This document shows positions 12,441 through 24,998 of a DNA stretch of 64,000 bases, one piece after another. The stretch's first letter is position 1, and each line of letters begins with the position of its first letter. The stretch is from Eledone cirrhosa (Eukaryota). Both the position numbers and the translations under genes were made by a program. The notes beneath the pieces were generated by a model. That model was not told where the DNA came from, did not search any database, and was given only the letters and a program-made list of their open reading frames with translations. The stretch lies in assembly GCA_964016885.1 (NCBI GenBank), contig OZ024744.1:72726001-72790000 (forward strand), read 5' to 3'.

Positions 12441-12642
12441 CTCTTTAGTGTTTACATTACTCTATATATACTATTGTATTCTCACATAATTATCTCACAT
12501 AATATTAAATCTATGAGATTTTGATATTATTTATTTTGAGAACAATACCTTAACATCAGTATAAGTGGTCAGTTACGGCCAGTTTGAACAGAAAGAGGTA
12601 AGACAATTCTGGCTGGATATGGCAGGTTTGAATGCCAAAGGG
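12441..12642. mobile_element. piggyBac-type MITE (TTAA target)
   Basis: TTAA-CTCTTTAG...CAAAGGG-TTAA; same family as 16305, 16995, 53747 and 54082. Confidence 0.8.
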
Positions 12643-13809
12643 TTAAATATGTCTCCCTAGCCTTTTCTTTCATTTCAGCATGTAAAATGTCATCAAGTTC
12701 TAAAATCCCCATCTTCTGGTTCCCCAATGGTTTCTTTTGATGGCAGCCTTAATCCACTGCAGGCTGCTTTTTTCCCTCTTTCACATTGAGCACAGAGGCT
12801 TTAAGTAGATCTTTACCAAAAGAGATAAAGTACTGGTGGTGAGTTTAATTCACTATGCTTTGCCATTGCCTACAAATTTGTAATCTTTTGCCAATGTGTT
12901 GCAATTATTCCTATCTAAGATGTGTGAACGACAAAATTGGTTGAGCATTGGACAAAAATATTTGGTGTGTTTTTTTTTGTTTTTTTCTTCTATGATCTGA
13001 ACTCAAATTCTGACAGGTTGACTTTTACCTTTTTGAGTTAATAAAATAAGTACCAGTCTATATACTGAACACCAGTTATATGCTGGACACTGTTTATATT
13101 CACTAAATCCTTCTGCTAAAATGTTTGTCCATTTGCTTATATAATAAAATATTACTACTGTTGCCTTCAAAGTTAACTGAATAAAATCATTTATGTAAAG
13201 AAAAAGGCACACACACTTATTTTTAAGTTATACAACTACAAAATACAAGTATAATAGTTTTGTCTCTTCTCATTTCTCTGTCTGTGTGTCAGTCTTTTAC
13301 TCCCTCTCTCCCTCTCTTTAATATATTTATTCGGTCTAGCTTTACTTTATTACCCATGTCTCATAGTTCAATTGCTTGAAATGTGCTGTGGTTCAGCAAT
13401 GATCATGATGATAAAAGAAGACCTTTACTCTTGATATTGATGACGCCATCAAATATTAAATTAATGGAATGTCAATGTGGCCCAATTGATAAAACACACA
13501 CACGCATACACATACACAATCTCACACACACTCGCACACACAGAGAGGGGCACAATTCGAACATTTATAGCTTTATTTTTTGTACTTTTAGAAGAAAACA
13601 GAATCTATTTAGTTCTTTAGTTTCATTGTATTTGATAAAATCTCTGCTTATCAAACAATTTATGCAAACTAGATTTATGGGCGTCTTTTCTGTGTCACCT
13701 CTTGACAAAAATAAACCAATACTATATTCTTCTTTTGTCCTAAGACATATCTTTAATATTAATATGAAACAACAGCCCTTAGTATTAGAGCATATATGGT
13801 TGTTTTGAA

Positions 13810-14200
13810 AAACTGTCTTTCTAATCTGTCCAAAGGGCAGAGAAACATGCTTGGAGCAGATTAGAATATCCTTGTCTAGTGTGCAGTGATTGGATGGGAA
13901 ATGATAATGCCTGGTTATCTAGATTAGTAGACTGTGGCTGCAAGAAGGAGGATAATTTGGTGAGACATTGACAGATGATCTCAGTTTTCTCTAAATTAAT
14001 TGCCAGCCTCATCATTTCATAAGCTGTAATGGCTGCTGAGATGGTGGCCCATTGTGTTTCTAGAGTGTGAGCTAGTAGAACACAATCATCAACCTAATCT
14101 AGCTCATTGATCTGTTCAGATCTCAGCATGGTATTGATCTGTTCAGATCTTCTCATGATGGAAACATCGTCATTAAATTGGAAGTTAATAATGACTCTTA
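13810..14200 (-). mobile_element. Old RTE (BovB-like) RT fragment
   Basis: Minus-strand DDCVLLAHT and LAINLEKTEI motifs. Confidence 0.55.
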
Positions 14201-14854
14201 TCTCCATTTTCATCTTTTAATGAAGTAATTAACTGTTTCATTATTTTGTTTAAAAAGGGCGATGGATTAACATGCTTTGAGGCCCAGAGTTACGGCCCAT
14301 TATGTTATGATTTCAACTCTCATTGAGGTTACCTTTGCCTTTTATCCTTATGAAGTCGATAAAATAAAGCACCAGTAATTCACTGGGGTTGATTTAATCG
14401 ACTTTCCTCTCCCCTTCAAATTACTGGCTTTGTGCCTAAAGTAGAAATAATTATTTTGTCTAATGTTCAGAATTTAATGTAACTTAAAATTATTTGCATA
14501 AAATTATTTTGGAAGGTTTTAATTAAGATCTTCCATGTTCAAATCTGAACATTTACATTTCTGAGGTAAATGGGAAGTATTTTGAACAAATTTGAAATTT
14601 ATTTGTTATTTTTTAAAATAAATGACTTGGAAGCCTTGAACAATATGTTTGATTTAACACTAGATTTTATTTTATTAATTTTAAAATTGAATTTTTAACA
14701 AATTTTATCCTTCTCAAGCTAAAAGATGTTGAAGTAAGCATACAGGAAAATTACATAACACATGTTATAGGTAGAAAGTTCACTAAACATATGAAAATTC
14801 AGTTTTAAAATATACATTGTTCAAGACTTCTAAGTTTATATATATATATATATA

Positions 14855-15257
14855 TCATCATCATCATGATTGTTTGATGTCTATCTTCCACACTAGCATG
14901 GGTTAGATGGGTTTGTCCCACTTGAGGCAAAATTGGCTCGTATAGATCTGTTTCTGGCAGGTTTTCTACGGCTGGATGCCCTTTCTAACACCAACCACAT
15001 TTACAGTGTGGACTGGGAGCCTTTTTACCGTGTCTCCTAGACGACCACTTTACAGCATGAACTGGATGTTCTATGGTTCAAATATAACTTTAGAGAAAGG
15101 GTGGTGTGGGCGGAAGTGGGAGGATGGAGTAGGAGTGTGGAGTGTATATTGGGTTAAGAGGTTCCTACTGACTGTAGGTTTAAGTTCATACATGAGAAGG
15201 CGGGTCTGCTGTATTACTGCATAGCACCAAAGATCTTGATCTAGTGACAGTGTCTTG
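14855..15257 (-). mobile_element. RTE 3' end fragment
   Basis: (ATC)n tail, GGATGCCCTT(T/C)CTAACACCAACCAC core and the last codons of the RTE ORF. Confidence 0.85.
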
Positions 15258-15294
<37 letters not shown>

Positions 15295-16304
15295 GTGTGT
15301 GTGTATAAAATAGTTTCAAATTCATTCAAGTTTTAATTTAAATAAACTGTCAACATAACCTGCATTGTTTTGAAAGAGTAGAGACTGTATAGCGTGGAGA
15401 GATTCCATTAGTCATGCTGTGGACAAAACAACTTCTGTAGTTTTGGTGCCATGATTAAATGCGTTTGGTTCAGATAGAAGGGTGACTGATGAATTAACCA
15501 AGACAGTGTAGAATAGAGAGGAATTGTTAGTGTTGCTGAGGAGATCGTAGCCATTCTAGAACTGGTCCCACAATAAAATACACTCAGTGCACATTGTATA
15601 ACTGTTGGTGTTAGGAGGGTAATTGGTGTAGAAAACCATGCTAAAATGTAGACTGTATGAGTGCAACACTCTCTCTGACTTGTCTGGGAAGGCAGTAACC
15701 CTGAATAAGAACTTACTCAAAATATAACAATATGTCCAACCCATGCTAGCATGGAAAGTGTACATAAAATCATAATGATGATTCTAATCCCTTAAAAACA
15801 AAGAGGTTTTCGAGAACTAGAATAATTCAAGATTGAAATAACCAAACTGACTGATGATGGAAATTACATATCTATTGCTTTCTAAGCAGCTGTATTAGCT
15901 ATTATACTTCACTTCATTTTTATTCTTTTCCTTCTCAAATGATATATGTCTTGCTAACTGTGATTTTAATCACTACAGCATCTTACCTGCTTCACAGATA
16001 ATTCATCAGCCACCTGGTGCTAAAGAGTCGGGCCTTTTCTACTTATGTAAAACATTGAAAATTATCAGCCCTTCATTGGATGATTTGGGGGGCTTTATAT
16101 TTATTCTATTTTATTATTATTATTTTTTTTTTTCAAAAAAAGTGAGCCCAAGAATATGAATAAATTATGAATTAACTCTTTATTTCCCTTTACAGGCCTG
16201 TAAGGTCCAACAACAGGGCTAAAGCAGCTTGCTAAGAAACAATTGTTTCAACTTTAAGAACATTTTAGTAAACTTTTCAGCTGTACAGATGCATTTCTAT
16301 TTAG

Positions 16305-16508
16305 CCCATTAGAATTTACATTACTCTATATTTACTATTGTATTTTCATGGTAAAGAATTATCTCACTTAATATCGAATCTATGAGGTTTTGATATTTAT
16401 TTTGAGAACAATACCTTAACATCAGTATGAGTGGCTAGTTACAGCTAATTTGAACAGAAAGCGGTGAGAGAATTCTGGCTGGATATGGCTGGTTTAAATG
16501 CTAAAGGG
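16305..16508. mobile_element. piggyBac-type MITE
   Basis: CCCATTAGAATTTA...TAAATGCTAAAGGG with degenerate TTAA flanks. Confidence 0.75.
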
Positions 16509-16994
16509 TTGAACCTTATGGCTTATTTTTCTTTACAAGTTTGTAATGTCCAACACAGGCTAAAGCAGTTTGCTAACAAACAATTTTAATGTTTCAACTT
16601 CAACAAAATTTTGGTAAAGTTTTTAACTATAAAGATACATTTCTGTTTAAGATGCTGTAAAAATAATGTTGTTTTCTTGAGAATATAATTGTCATCTTCA
16701 TCATATAATATAATATAACACAGTTTGAGATGTTAATGAAAGTATGTAGAAAACAACAAATACATATATATATATAGTGAAATAAAGCAAAATACAAACA
16801 GTATCAAAACAATCTTCATCATCATTTAACATACACTTTCTATGCTAACAAAAAAGAAATCAAAGTCTTATATGGTAAACCTTGCGCCCCCCCCCCCCCC
16901 CCAAAAAAAAAAATAATTAGTTAATTATCTGGTAAGTAGGACATAAAGCAATTGTAATACTTTTCCACATTTGAACAGATATGCATAAGTTTAA

Positions 16995-17214
16995 CCCTTT
17001 AGTATTTATATTACTCTATATATACTATTATATCTTCGCAGTAAAGGCTTTACCTCACATAATTATCTCATATAATATCGAACTATGACATTTTGATATT
17101 ATTTATTTTGAGAACAATACCTTAACATCAGTATGAGCAGCTGGTTACAGCCTGTTTGAACAGAAAGATGTGAAAGAATTCTGGCTGGATACAACCGGTT
17201 TAAATTCTAAAGGG
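16995..17214. mobile_element. piggyBac-type MITE
   Basis: TTAA-CCCTTTAGTATTTA...TAAATTCTAAAGGG-TTAA (TIRs plus TTAA duplication). Confidence 0.88.
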
Positions 17215-17663
17215 TTAACTGAGAAGCTTTAACAACCAGTAATTGACTTGCATCACCCTGTTATGGGCAATTTCTTCAGGTCACTTCTTTTCATATCTGG
17301 TTAATGGGATATTTTCTTCACTGCTTTGTTTTACATCTAAATTAGTTATTTCTGAGAAGCTTACTAGCCATCTTTCTCTGGAACTCTAATTGACTTGCTT
17401 TTCTCTGCCTGTTCTAATTTAAGTGACCTTTACTCTCATTATAGACCAATTAACCTTTTCATTATCATATTTTTAAAGGAAGACATTGCCGGGGATTTCA
17501 AATAATTTTGAAAATAATGAAGAATTTGGAGAAATTTAGTAGTATAACTGTTTTATCAATAAGCAGGTGTTTGGAACATAACTTAACAAAAATTCTTACA
17601 AAAAATTATGATGGGAGGTTTTCAGATAAGTAAATATAAACACTTTAAAACACTGGTAAATAT

Positions 17664-18127
17664 ATCATCATCATCATCATCATCGTTTAACGTCCATCTT
17701 CCACGCTTGCATGGGTTTGGACGGGAGTTTTCCCACTTGAGGCAAGAGTGGTTGTCTTGCTCGCATAGGACTGTCTGGCGGGTTTTCTACTGCTGGATGC
17801 CCTTCCTAACACCAACCACGTTTACAGTGTGGACTGGGAGGTTTTTACCGTGTTACCTACACGGCCACATTACAGTGTAGACTGTGTTGTTTTGTCGTGA
17901 CACCTACACGACCTCATTTGTTTCGGACTGGATGTTGTGGTACCAACATAACTTTACATCGAAAGGGGTGGTGTGGATGGGGTGGGGGTAGTGGGACGGA
18001 GGTGTATTATGTTAGAGGTGTCTACTGACTGTAGTAGGTTTCACTTTGTACTTAGGTAAGGCAGGTCTTCTGTATTACTGTGTAGCCCCAAAGATCTCGG
18101 TCCAGTGACATTGTCTTGCAGAGGTGT
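17664..18127 (-). mobile_element. RTE 3' end fragment
   Basis: Reverse complement of the 62390-62820-type 3' end, with (ATC)n tail. Confidence 0.88.
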
Positions 18128-18731
18128 TATATATAAAGGTGCTGCTGGGGCAAAGGATGATAGATAAGACAACAAAATAATAGGGGTTTTTACCCAATAT
18201 ATTTCATCATGATATTTTGAGGTTAGAACTTTCTTTTCAAAGAAAGTTCTAACCTTGAAATATCACAATTAAATATATTATGTAAAAAAAACAAAAAAAA
18301 AACATTATTTTATTTTGGTTTATCATCCTTTAACCCAACATATATATATATTTCTATCACATTGTACAAGCTTTCTGAAGTTCTCATCAATTATTTATAA
18401 AATGTTTTCTCAATTGATTAGTATAATAAATAATTATATAAACCAATTAAAGATTTATCATGGAAGGTACAGTCACAGGATATCTCAGGATCAGTTCTCA
18501 GTAAACATTTCTCTTTCAGAAATTATGATGTTATCAGAGAAGAATAACCCCTTAAATGCGATGAGATATGTTGTAATTTGTACTTAAGGTGTTAACTGCT
18601 AAAATGTTTATTATAAATGACATATATATATATATAGTGGTAGAACACTGGAAGGTAATATCCTTAGTGGTAGAGCACTCAGTCCATGGGACGAGTTAGG
18701 TAGAAGTGGTTACACAACAGTTAGTTCACCA

Positions 18732-18773
18732 TACGAGAACAATTGTTTCACCTTAGCGGATCCTCAGCTCGTA
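18732..18773 (-). ncRNA. Minimal hammerhead ribozyme in pLTR
   Basis: TACGAG-CTGAGGA-tCCgctaaGGt-GAAAC-AATT-GTT/CTCGTA; perfect 6-bp stem I and palindromic CAATTG. Confidence 0.85.
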
Positions 18774-18920
18774 ATGTACATGGTTATACAAAACAGGAAG
18801 GACAACCATACGAATGCGCATGCGCAGAAACGATCACTTCACACAGGCAATACTAAATTGCGTGCGAGAGATGTAAGGGAGATAACTGCGAAAGTCCAAA
18901 AGTTAGGATGTTGTTGTAAT

Positions 18921-19358
18921 TCAATCCGGAGTTTTGTAGTTATGTAAGAGGTGTTTCCAGACGTGTGGACAATGTGTGAAGAATCCATTTCTCGTGTTTA
19001 GGCAATCACTATTGCGTAATCTCTTTAAAATATTTATTCGTTCATCAATACATAGTCCACACGACGGATTGCCCCTTGCGTATGGCTTGGACTTAGTGAT
19101 GGCTTTCCATTGAATGGAGTAGTTTATACTTGAGTCCTTGAGGAACCGTATGTGGATCACGAGTTTCATGGATGAACGTCTGTCTGGGTAACTAAAGGTC
19201 GACTGGTGGTTCAGGAAACGTTCCTTAAATCGGCCCTCAGCCATACCCACATAGGATTTGACCTCCTGTGGTTGATTTGGTCGATTGGAAGTGACCACAA
19301 CTTCATAAACTACAGCAGTTGTGTTGCATTGCTGTTGAAGCGGACAATCTTCGGGCAT
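18921..19358 (-). pseudogene. GIY-YIG endonuclease domain of a Penelope-like element (5'-truncated)
   Basis: CPL...C....VVY...YVG...FKERF.NH..F, W..I....PY....C.LC..E...I...LN.RN..F..CPH: typical PLE endonuclease C-terminus. Confidence 0.85.
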
Positions 19359-19616
19359 ACAGCAAGAGAACCCTAAACATGAGAAATTAATTCTTCACAC
19401 GTCCACACATCTGGAAACACCTGTTACATAACTACAAAGCTCCGGATTGAATTACAACAACATCCTAATTTTCTTATCAACTAGAAACTTTCGGACTTTC
19501 ACAGTTATCTCCCTTACACCTCTCGCACGCAATTTAGTATTGCCTGTGTGAAGTGACTGTTTCTGCGCATGCGCGTTCGTACGGTTGTCCTTCCTGTTCC
19601 GTATAACCATGTCCAT

Positions 19617-19659
19617 TACAAGCTGAGGATCCGCTAAGGTGAAACAATTGTTCTCGGTA
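19617..19659 (+). ncRNA. Minimal hammerhead ribozyme, inverted pLTR copy
   Basis: TACAAG-CTGAGGA-tCCgctaaGGt-GAAAC-AATT-GTT/CTCGGTA; stem I weakened. Confidence 0.75.
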
Positions 19660-19704
19660 TGGTGAACTAACTGTTGTGTAACCACTTCTCTCTCTCTCTC
19701 TCTC

Positions 19705-20041
19705 ATTTCATCATTTCATTTTACGTCCGCTTTTTTCCCTGCTTGCTAGGGTTGGACGGGAACTGATTCTAGCTTGATTTCTACAGCTGGATGCCCTTCC
19801 TAACAACAACCTCATTTACTGTGAGTGCTGGGTGCTTTTTTGCCGTGGCACCTCCACGACCACTTTACAGTGAAATGATATGGACCCCAGTCCCTATCAT
19901 CTCATTTCAACAGCTGAGTAAACTGGAGCAATGTGAAATAAAGTGTCTTGCTCAAGGAAACAACACATCACCCGGTCTGAGAATTGAACTCACAACCTTT
20001 CGATTGCAAGGCCAATGTTCTAACCACTAAGCCATGTGCCT

Positions 20042-20045
<4 letters not shown>
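19705..20045 (-). mobile_element. tRNA-derived SINE family B with RTE-type 3' tail
   Basis: Head GGAGGCACATGGCTTAGTGG..GAGTTCAATTC, central TCCTTGAGCAAGACACTT, 3' AGGAAGGGCATCCAGCTGTAGAAA..GGACGTAAAATGA. Confidence 0.85.
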
Positions 20046-20088
<43 letters not shown>

Positions 20089-20090
<2 letters not shown>

Positions 20091-20486
20091 ATCATCATCA
20101 TTTTACTCCCGCTTTTCCCTGCTTGCAAGGGTGGGACAGGTCCTATTCAGCACAGCATCTCTCCACTTGTCACGGTCCTTCGTCATCTCCTCCGTGAGTT
20201 TCAGCGATCTGAGGTCTACTCTCACACCTCCGCCCATGTTTTTCGTGGTCTTCCTCTGCTGCGTCTTCCTTCTACTGCGTCTTCCTTCTACTGCGTCTTC
20301 CTTCTACTGCGTTTTCCTTCTACTGGGATTTCTTGCCACTTCTTTACCCAGCTGTCATCCTCCATGCACATCACATGTTCATACCATCTCAGTCTTCTCT
20401 CCCGCACACCACAACTTATCCTTCTTATATACACTTTCTCTCTGAACTCGTGTATGCTTGGTCGATCACGCACATTGACAGTCGCA
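20089..20486 (-). mobile_element. RTE 3' fragment
   Basis: ERRLRWYEHVMCMEDDSWVKK on the minus strand; (ATC)n tail. Confidence 0.85.
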
Positions 20487-20685
20487 TATATGTGTGTATA
20501 TGTGTGTGTGTATATATATATGTGTGTGTATATATATATGTGTGTATATATATATATAGTGTAGGTAGTACGGTGAAATACCTGTGTTGGTACCAAATCA
20601 AGCACTCTATGCGCAGGCAGAGTGTATATAATAGAAAAAAACGAAGAAATTTCGTTTACATAGGAAAAATATTTATTGCATATCG

Positions 20686-20777
20686 ACCTGTTACGCACAT
20701 TTCATAGAGGATTGGCTCAAGGTGACCCATAGGAGTTATGGACCTGACTCCAGCATTAATCTGCTCCTCAGACTGGT
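20686..20777 (-). ncRNA. Hammerhead-like motif with ~60-nt extended stem II, in a fold-back element (20560-20850)
   Basis: ACCAGT-CTGAGGA-(~60 nt)-GAAAT-GTGC-GTA/ACAGGT, then AATAAA; inverted partial copy at about 20793-20847. Confidence 0.7.
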
Positions 20778-22612
20778 GATGCGACTAAATATAAACACGC
20801 ATAACAGGTCGATACACAATAAATATGTTTCATATGTAAATGAAACTTACACTCAGCTTATACTATAAAGGGGTCATTATGGTGCTACAATAAAAGGCAC
20901 CCAGTTCAGACTGTAAAGTGGTTGGTGTTAGGTAGGGCATCCAACCATAGAAGCCATTTTCTTCACCATCACCTTCCATTCCACCATCTTCTTCCACTCT
21001 ACCACTCCCTCTTCACTGCATCATCTTTTTAGTCACCATTAACTTCCTCTCCACCATCTTTCTATCCACCATCACCTTCTTTTCTATGTGGAACTTTCCA
21101 AAGGAAAGCTTCTGTCATCAGTAGTTTTAGACTCTTTCACAATGGTTCTCAGACTGACAGACAGCCAAACAAAGGAAAACTAACTGCCCTTTCTGGCCAA
21201 AGGAAAGCATCAGTGCAATCTTCACACTGTATTCAGCTGGTACCAGCAGGACAACTGCTGATCAACATAATGAACCACTAAGCACCAGGCTTTCTTCATG
21301 AAGAATAATTTCAGTGTACTGTATGCATTTCAGACAGGCTTACCTGAAAATGTTACTATGCTTGTAGAGTTTAATTTGAACTGATCTGCTAGTGAACAGG
21401 CTGAAAAAAGTCTTCTGAAATAAGCTTTTCAGTTTATTCTTGTCAATACCCAGTGACTCCTTGGCAATTTCAGCATTCTTGCTCATAATTAACTTTCTAT
21501 AGAATGAAACAGTTGACATACTACTGGTCATTTTGCCCAACTTGTAGAGAACTTTGATTATCTGACAAAATTACAGATACAGTGCCACAGACGAGATAAC
21601 TTATCCTAATATGTATACATTCCAGTTCCATGGACAAGATAACTCTTCCTAACATGTTTGAACTCCTTTCCAACAGTTCAAAACTTCAAAGCTAGATGGG
21701 GTGACGTTTGTCAATCAAAATAGTCATTTTCCTGGGGGAAAAAACCCCCCCAACACATGGCAGTCAACAATATACATGGCAGTCAACAGATTAAACCTGA
21801 GGAATGCATTCATTTCACAAGAATCAAGCTGGGTCAAGGCATGATGGTCAGCCAGTTATAAATGATGGATGTATGCATTCACTAGCTTTCAGAGTTAACT
21901 TCATCTCAGCCAATGTTTCAATGGTTGAAACTAGCCAAATTGCTCATAACCTCATCCCAGTTCCTACCCACTTATAGTTCTGGCTTAAACAAGATCTCAA
22001 GCATCTTGACAAGACCTTCTCCTGAGTGGTTACTGACACTGACCGGCGTGGACATATCTCTCCAGGAGCCAAGCTGCAAGCCCACAGACTCGACCTGTTT
22101 AACATGTTTTCTTATATTACTCCAATGTCATGCTGACCACCTTAATTTCTCTGGTACCCAACACTATCATGGAGATGTCTTCCACATAAGTCAACACAAC
22201 CATGAGCTTTTAAAACAAAGGCTTGAAAGCCAAAACATAAAGAAGTGATTAGAGAATATACAATTGATAAACTGACTGTGAAATTGAAAATTGCACTGTT
22301 AGGTGGCTATTAATTTTAACCACCTGTCAGATGCTGCTGTAAACTGAAGTGATCCAGATTCTGAAAACTGAACTTAAACCAACTTAATTGATGACTGCCA
22401 CCATGTTCAACTAATTTGAATTGATCTGAATGAATCCACACTGATGTCAGATTTATTATGTATGCTTTCTAACATGTATTATTTGAAGGGGAGTTTGTCA
22501 GTGATGTAGCTAGAGTATGTGCCACCCGGGGCAGCCCTTTAGTTTGCCATCATTGGGCCCCCACAAAAATTACATATTTCTCAGTCATCTCAATCTTAAA
22601 GTTATATATATA

Positions 22613-23335
22613 CTACTACCACTGCTAGTTGCAAAAGGCTTTTCCCTCAAAATGAAAGGCAGACTGTATGATGCGTACATACAAATAGCAATGTTACATG
22701 ATAATGAGACCTGGGCGTTAATGGCAGAAGACTTGTGTAGATTAGAAAAAAAACGAAGCTTGCATGTTCTGATGGACGTGTAATAGTAATATATGCGAAC
22801 GGCAAAGCATAAACGAATTAAGAGATAGAATGAGCATAGCAGGAATCAAATGTTGTGTGCAGAAGAGGAGGTTCCGTTGGTATGGACATGTGATGTGTAT
22901 AAAAGATGACAGCTGCACAAAAAGGTGCAGAGCGCTAAAAGTCAATGGAAGCCTTGGAGTGGGGAGACCCAAGAGACCTGGGATGAGGTGATAAAAGCTG
23001 ACCTTGCCCAATTGCACCTCTCAAAGGTGATGACACAGGACAGAGACCTCTGGTGTTATGCAGTAATACAGAAAACCTGACTTCCCATGGGTTGAAGCAT
23101 ATAGACAATATGCCCCACCCAGTCCACACTAAACGAGGTTGATGTTAGGAAGGGAATCCAGCTGTAGAAATCAAGCCAAAATCAGTTCCCGTATGAGCAA
23201 GACATGCTCATCCGACCTGGCATTGCCCATAACAGAACAATACTTCTAACCCATGCGAGAGTGGAAGAATGGATGCAAAATGGTGGTGATGATGATATAG
23301 TGGAAGATAGACGTTAAACGATGATGGTGATGATA
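22613..23335 (+). mobile_element. RTE 3' fragment
   Basis: LLPLLVAKGFSLKMKGRLYDA..ETW; (GAT)n tails. Confidence 0.88.
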
Positions 23336-23390
23336 TAAATATATATATACATGAGAATGTGTGAAATCCTTGATACAGTTAGGTATATTT

Positions 23391-23543
23391 TAAAAAAGGA
23401 AAAGAATGACTTCACTTGTAGTTCTAAACAATTTAATTTAATTTTATAATATAATTTTACAAGCCAAATTGTAAAATTATAATATTATAAAATTAAATTA
23501 ACTTGTTTAGAACTACAAGTGAAGTCATTCTTTTCTTTTTTTA
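23391..23543. repeat. AT-rich fold-back with ~70-bp arms
   Basis: GAAAAGAATGACTTCACTTGTAGTTCTAAACAA versus TTGTTTAGAACTACAAGTGAAGTCATTCTTTTC. Confidence 0.88.
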
Positions 23544-24063
23544 ATATATATAAATATATATATATATATATAATAATATATGATAATAATGAGCTGCGCG
23601 TTGCAAATGGGGTACATATGAAAAAGTAAGTCCTTCATCAGTGACCCTCCAACCGTCCCAGGCATTTCATCGCTTTAAGGGCCATATACCTCAGGTTGGT
23701 GCGAACAACGGCTAAAAAAAGTCGTTGGGACACGTAAATAAAGGGGACGTAGGGTGAACAAACAAAATGGTTTAAGCAACGGAAAGTGAGAAGAAAGAGA
23801 CAAGTCCCAGATTTCTATGAATATAAACTCAGTGAAATCGTGAACAAGAGACAAAAGACCATCAAACCTGGTTGAAATGTGAGCAAGGAAGGAATTTCGC
23901 ACAGGTCTAACGGGGGGAAGAAGAAGGGGTCTGGTCTACGAATTCGGTAAACATAAGTTCTGTGAAGTCGCAGACGAGAGTAATAATTATGATAATAAAA
24001 AGCAGCAATTCTTTGCTTAAACTTTAATCTGTTATTTTAATAAATATATATATATATATATTT

Positions 24064-24998
24064 ATTTATTAAAATAACAGATTAAAGTTTAAGCAAAGAA
24101 TCGCTGCTTTTACCCTTAACGGGATCTTCTGAAACTAACAGTCAATCTGTAAACGCAGAAGTGAATATTTCAAAAAACGTTGCAACCGGAGGAAGACAGG
24201 AAGACGATACTTTGGTTCGTGGAAACGTTCCCTGGCAAAGAACGGGAAAAAACGAATATAATACGTCATTATTTGGAGCGGTGAAAAACAATTACACGCA
24301 AAGACAGAATCACGTTTATGGTATAAAAGTAGTCGTAGACTAATGTTCTCTTAGGTGGTTCATAGAGATGTTCTCTGGCAATGAACGGAAAAAACGAAGA
24401 TAATACGTCATATGTGGAGCGTGGAGAATAATTGCACGCAAAGACAAAACCACGTAAATGGTATAACTGTAGTCGTAGACTAAAATTCTAACTAGGAAAC
24501 CGAACGATGCTCCGCTTCAGAGTTAAGAATAAAGTAAATAAAATACAGAGGTAATTGAAATTAAATAAATACATACACACATCCAAATACGTACATACAC
24601 AAGCATACGCGAAAACACTCGCCATAGGTATACAAATACACGCACATATGACGTATTATTTTCGTTTTTTCCGTTCATTGCCAGAGAACGTCTCTATGAA
24701 CCACCTAAGAGAACATTAGTCTACGACCTCTTTTATACCATAAACGTCGTTTTGTCTTTGCGCGTAATTGTTTTTCACCGCTCCTATTAATGACGTATCA
24801 TATTCGTTTTTTCCCGTTTTTTGCCAGTGAATGTTTCCATGAACCAAAGTATCGTCTTCCTGTCTTCCTCCGGTTGCAACGTTTTTTGAAATATCCACTT
24901 CTGCGTTTACAGATTGACTTTGTTAGTTTCAGAAGATCCCGTTAAGGGTGAAAGCAGCGATTCTTTGCTTAAACTTTAATCTGTTATTTTAATAAATA
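24064..24998. mobile_element. Large fold-back element (arms 24064-24416 and 24643-24998), Penelope-like pLTR derivative
   Basis: About 350-bp inverted arms, each ending in HHR + AATAAA; internal ~140-bp tandem duplication; a third terminal copy at 23998-24046. Confidence 0.8.
24909..24984 (+). ncRNA. Hammerhead ribozyme with variant core CAGAAGA (U4A)
   Basis: ACAGATTGA..AGTTT-CAGAAGA-tCCCgttaaGGGt-GAAA-GCA-(9 nt)-TGC-TT/AAACT-TTAATCTGT: all three stems pair, and stem I extends 5+9 bp past a bulge. The minus copy (24077-24150) has AAAA for GAAA. Confidence 0.75.

Larger units (their letters stand above)
18637..19689 (-). mobile_element. Penelope-like element remnant (probably Naiad-type): GIY-YIG 3' end with inverted pseudo-LTRs
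   Basis: Inverted arms at 18702-19002 and 19372-19689 flank and overlap a GIY-YIG ORF; each arm carries an HHR. Confidence 0.88.

Noticed and set aside
15851-21125. Isolated CTGATGA matches at 15851(+), 16003(-) and 21116(-)
   Set aside because: Stem I or II cannot be paired; expected by chance.
21345-21561. Possible minus-strand coding exon (open frame, AG|GTAAGC donor)
   Set aside because: No recognisable protein motif and no partner exons; could be decayed TE sequence.
23620-23700. HHR-like words on the minus strand (CCAAC-CTGAGGT..GAAA..GGTTGG; CTGATGA)
   Set aside because: A9 is mutated, there is no UH triplet in register, and the second core has no GAAA; at best a decayed motif.
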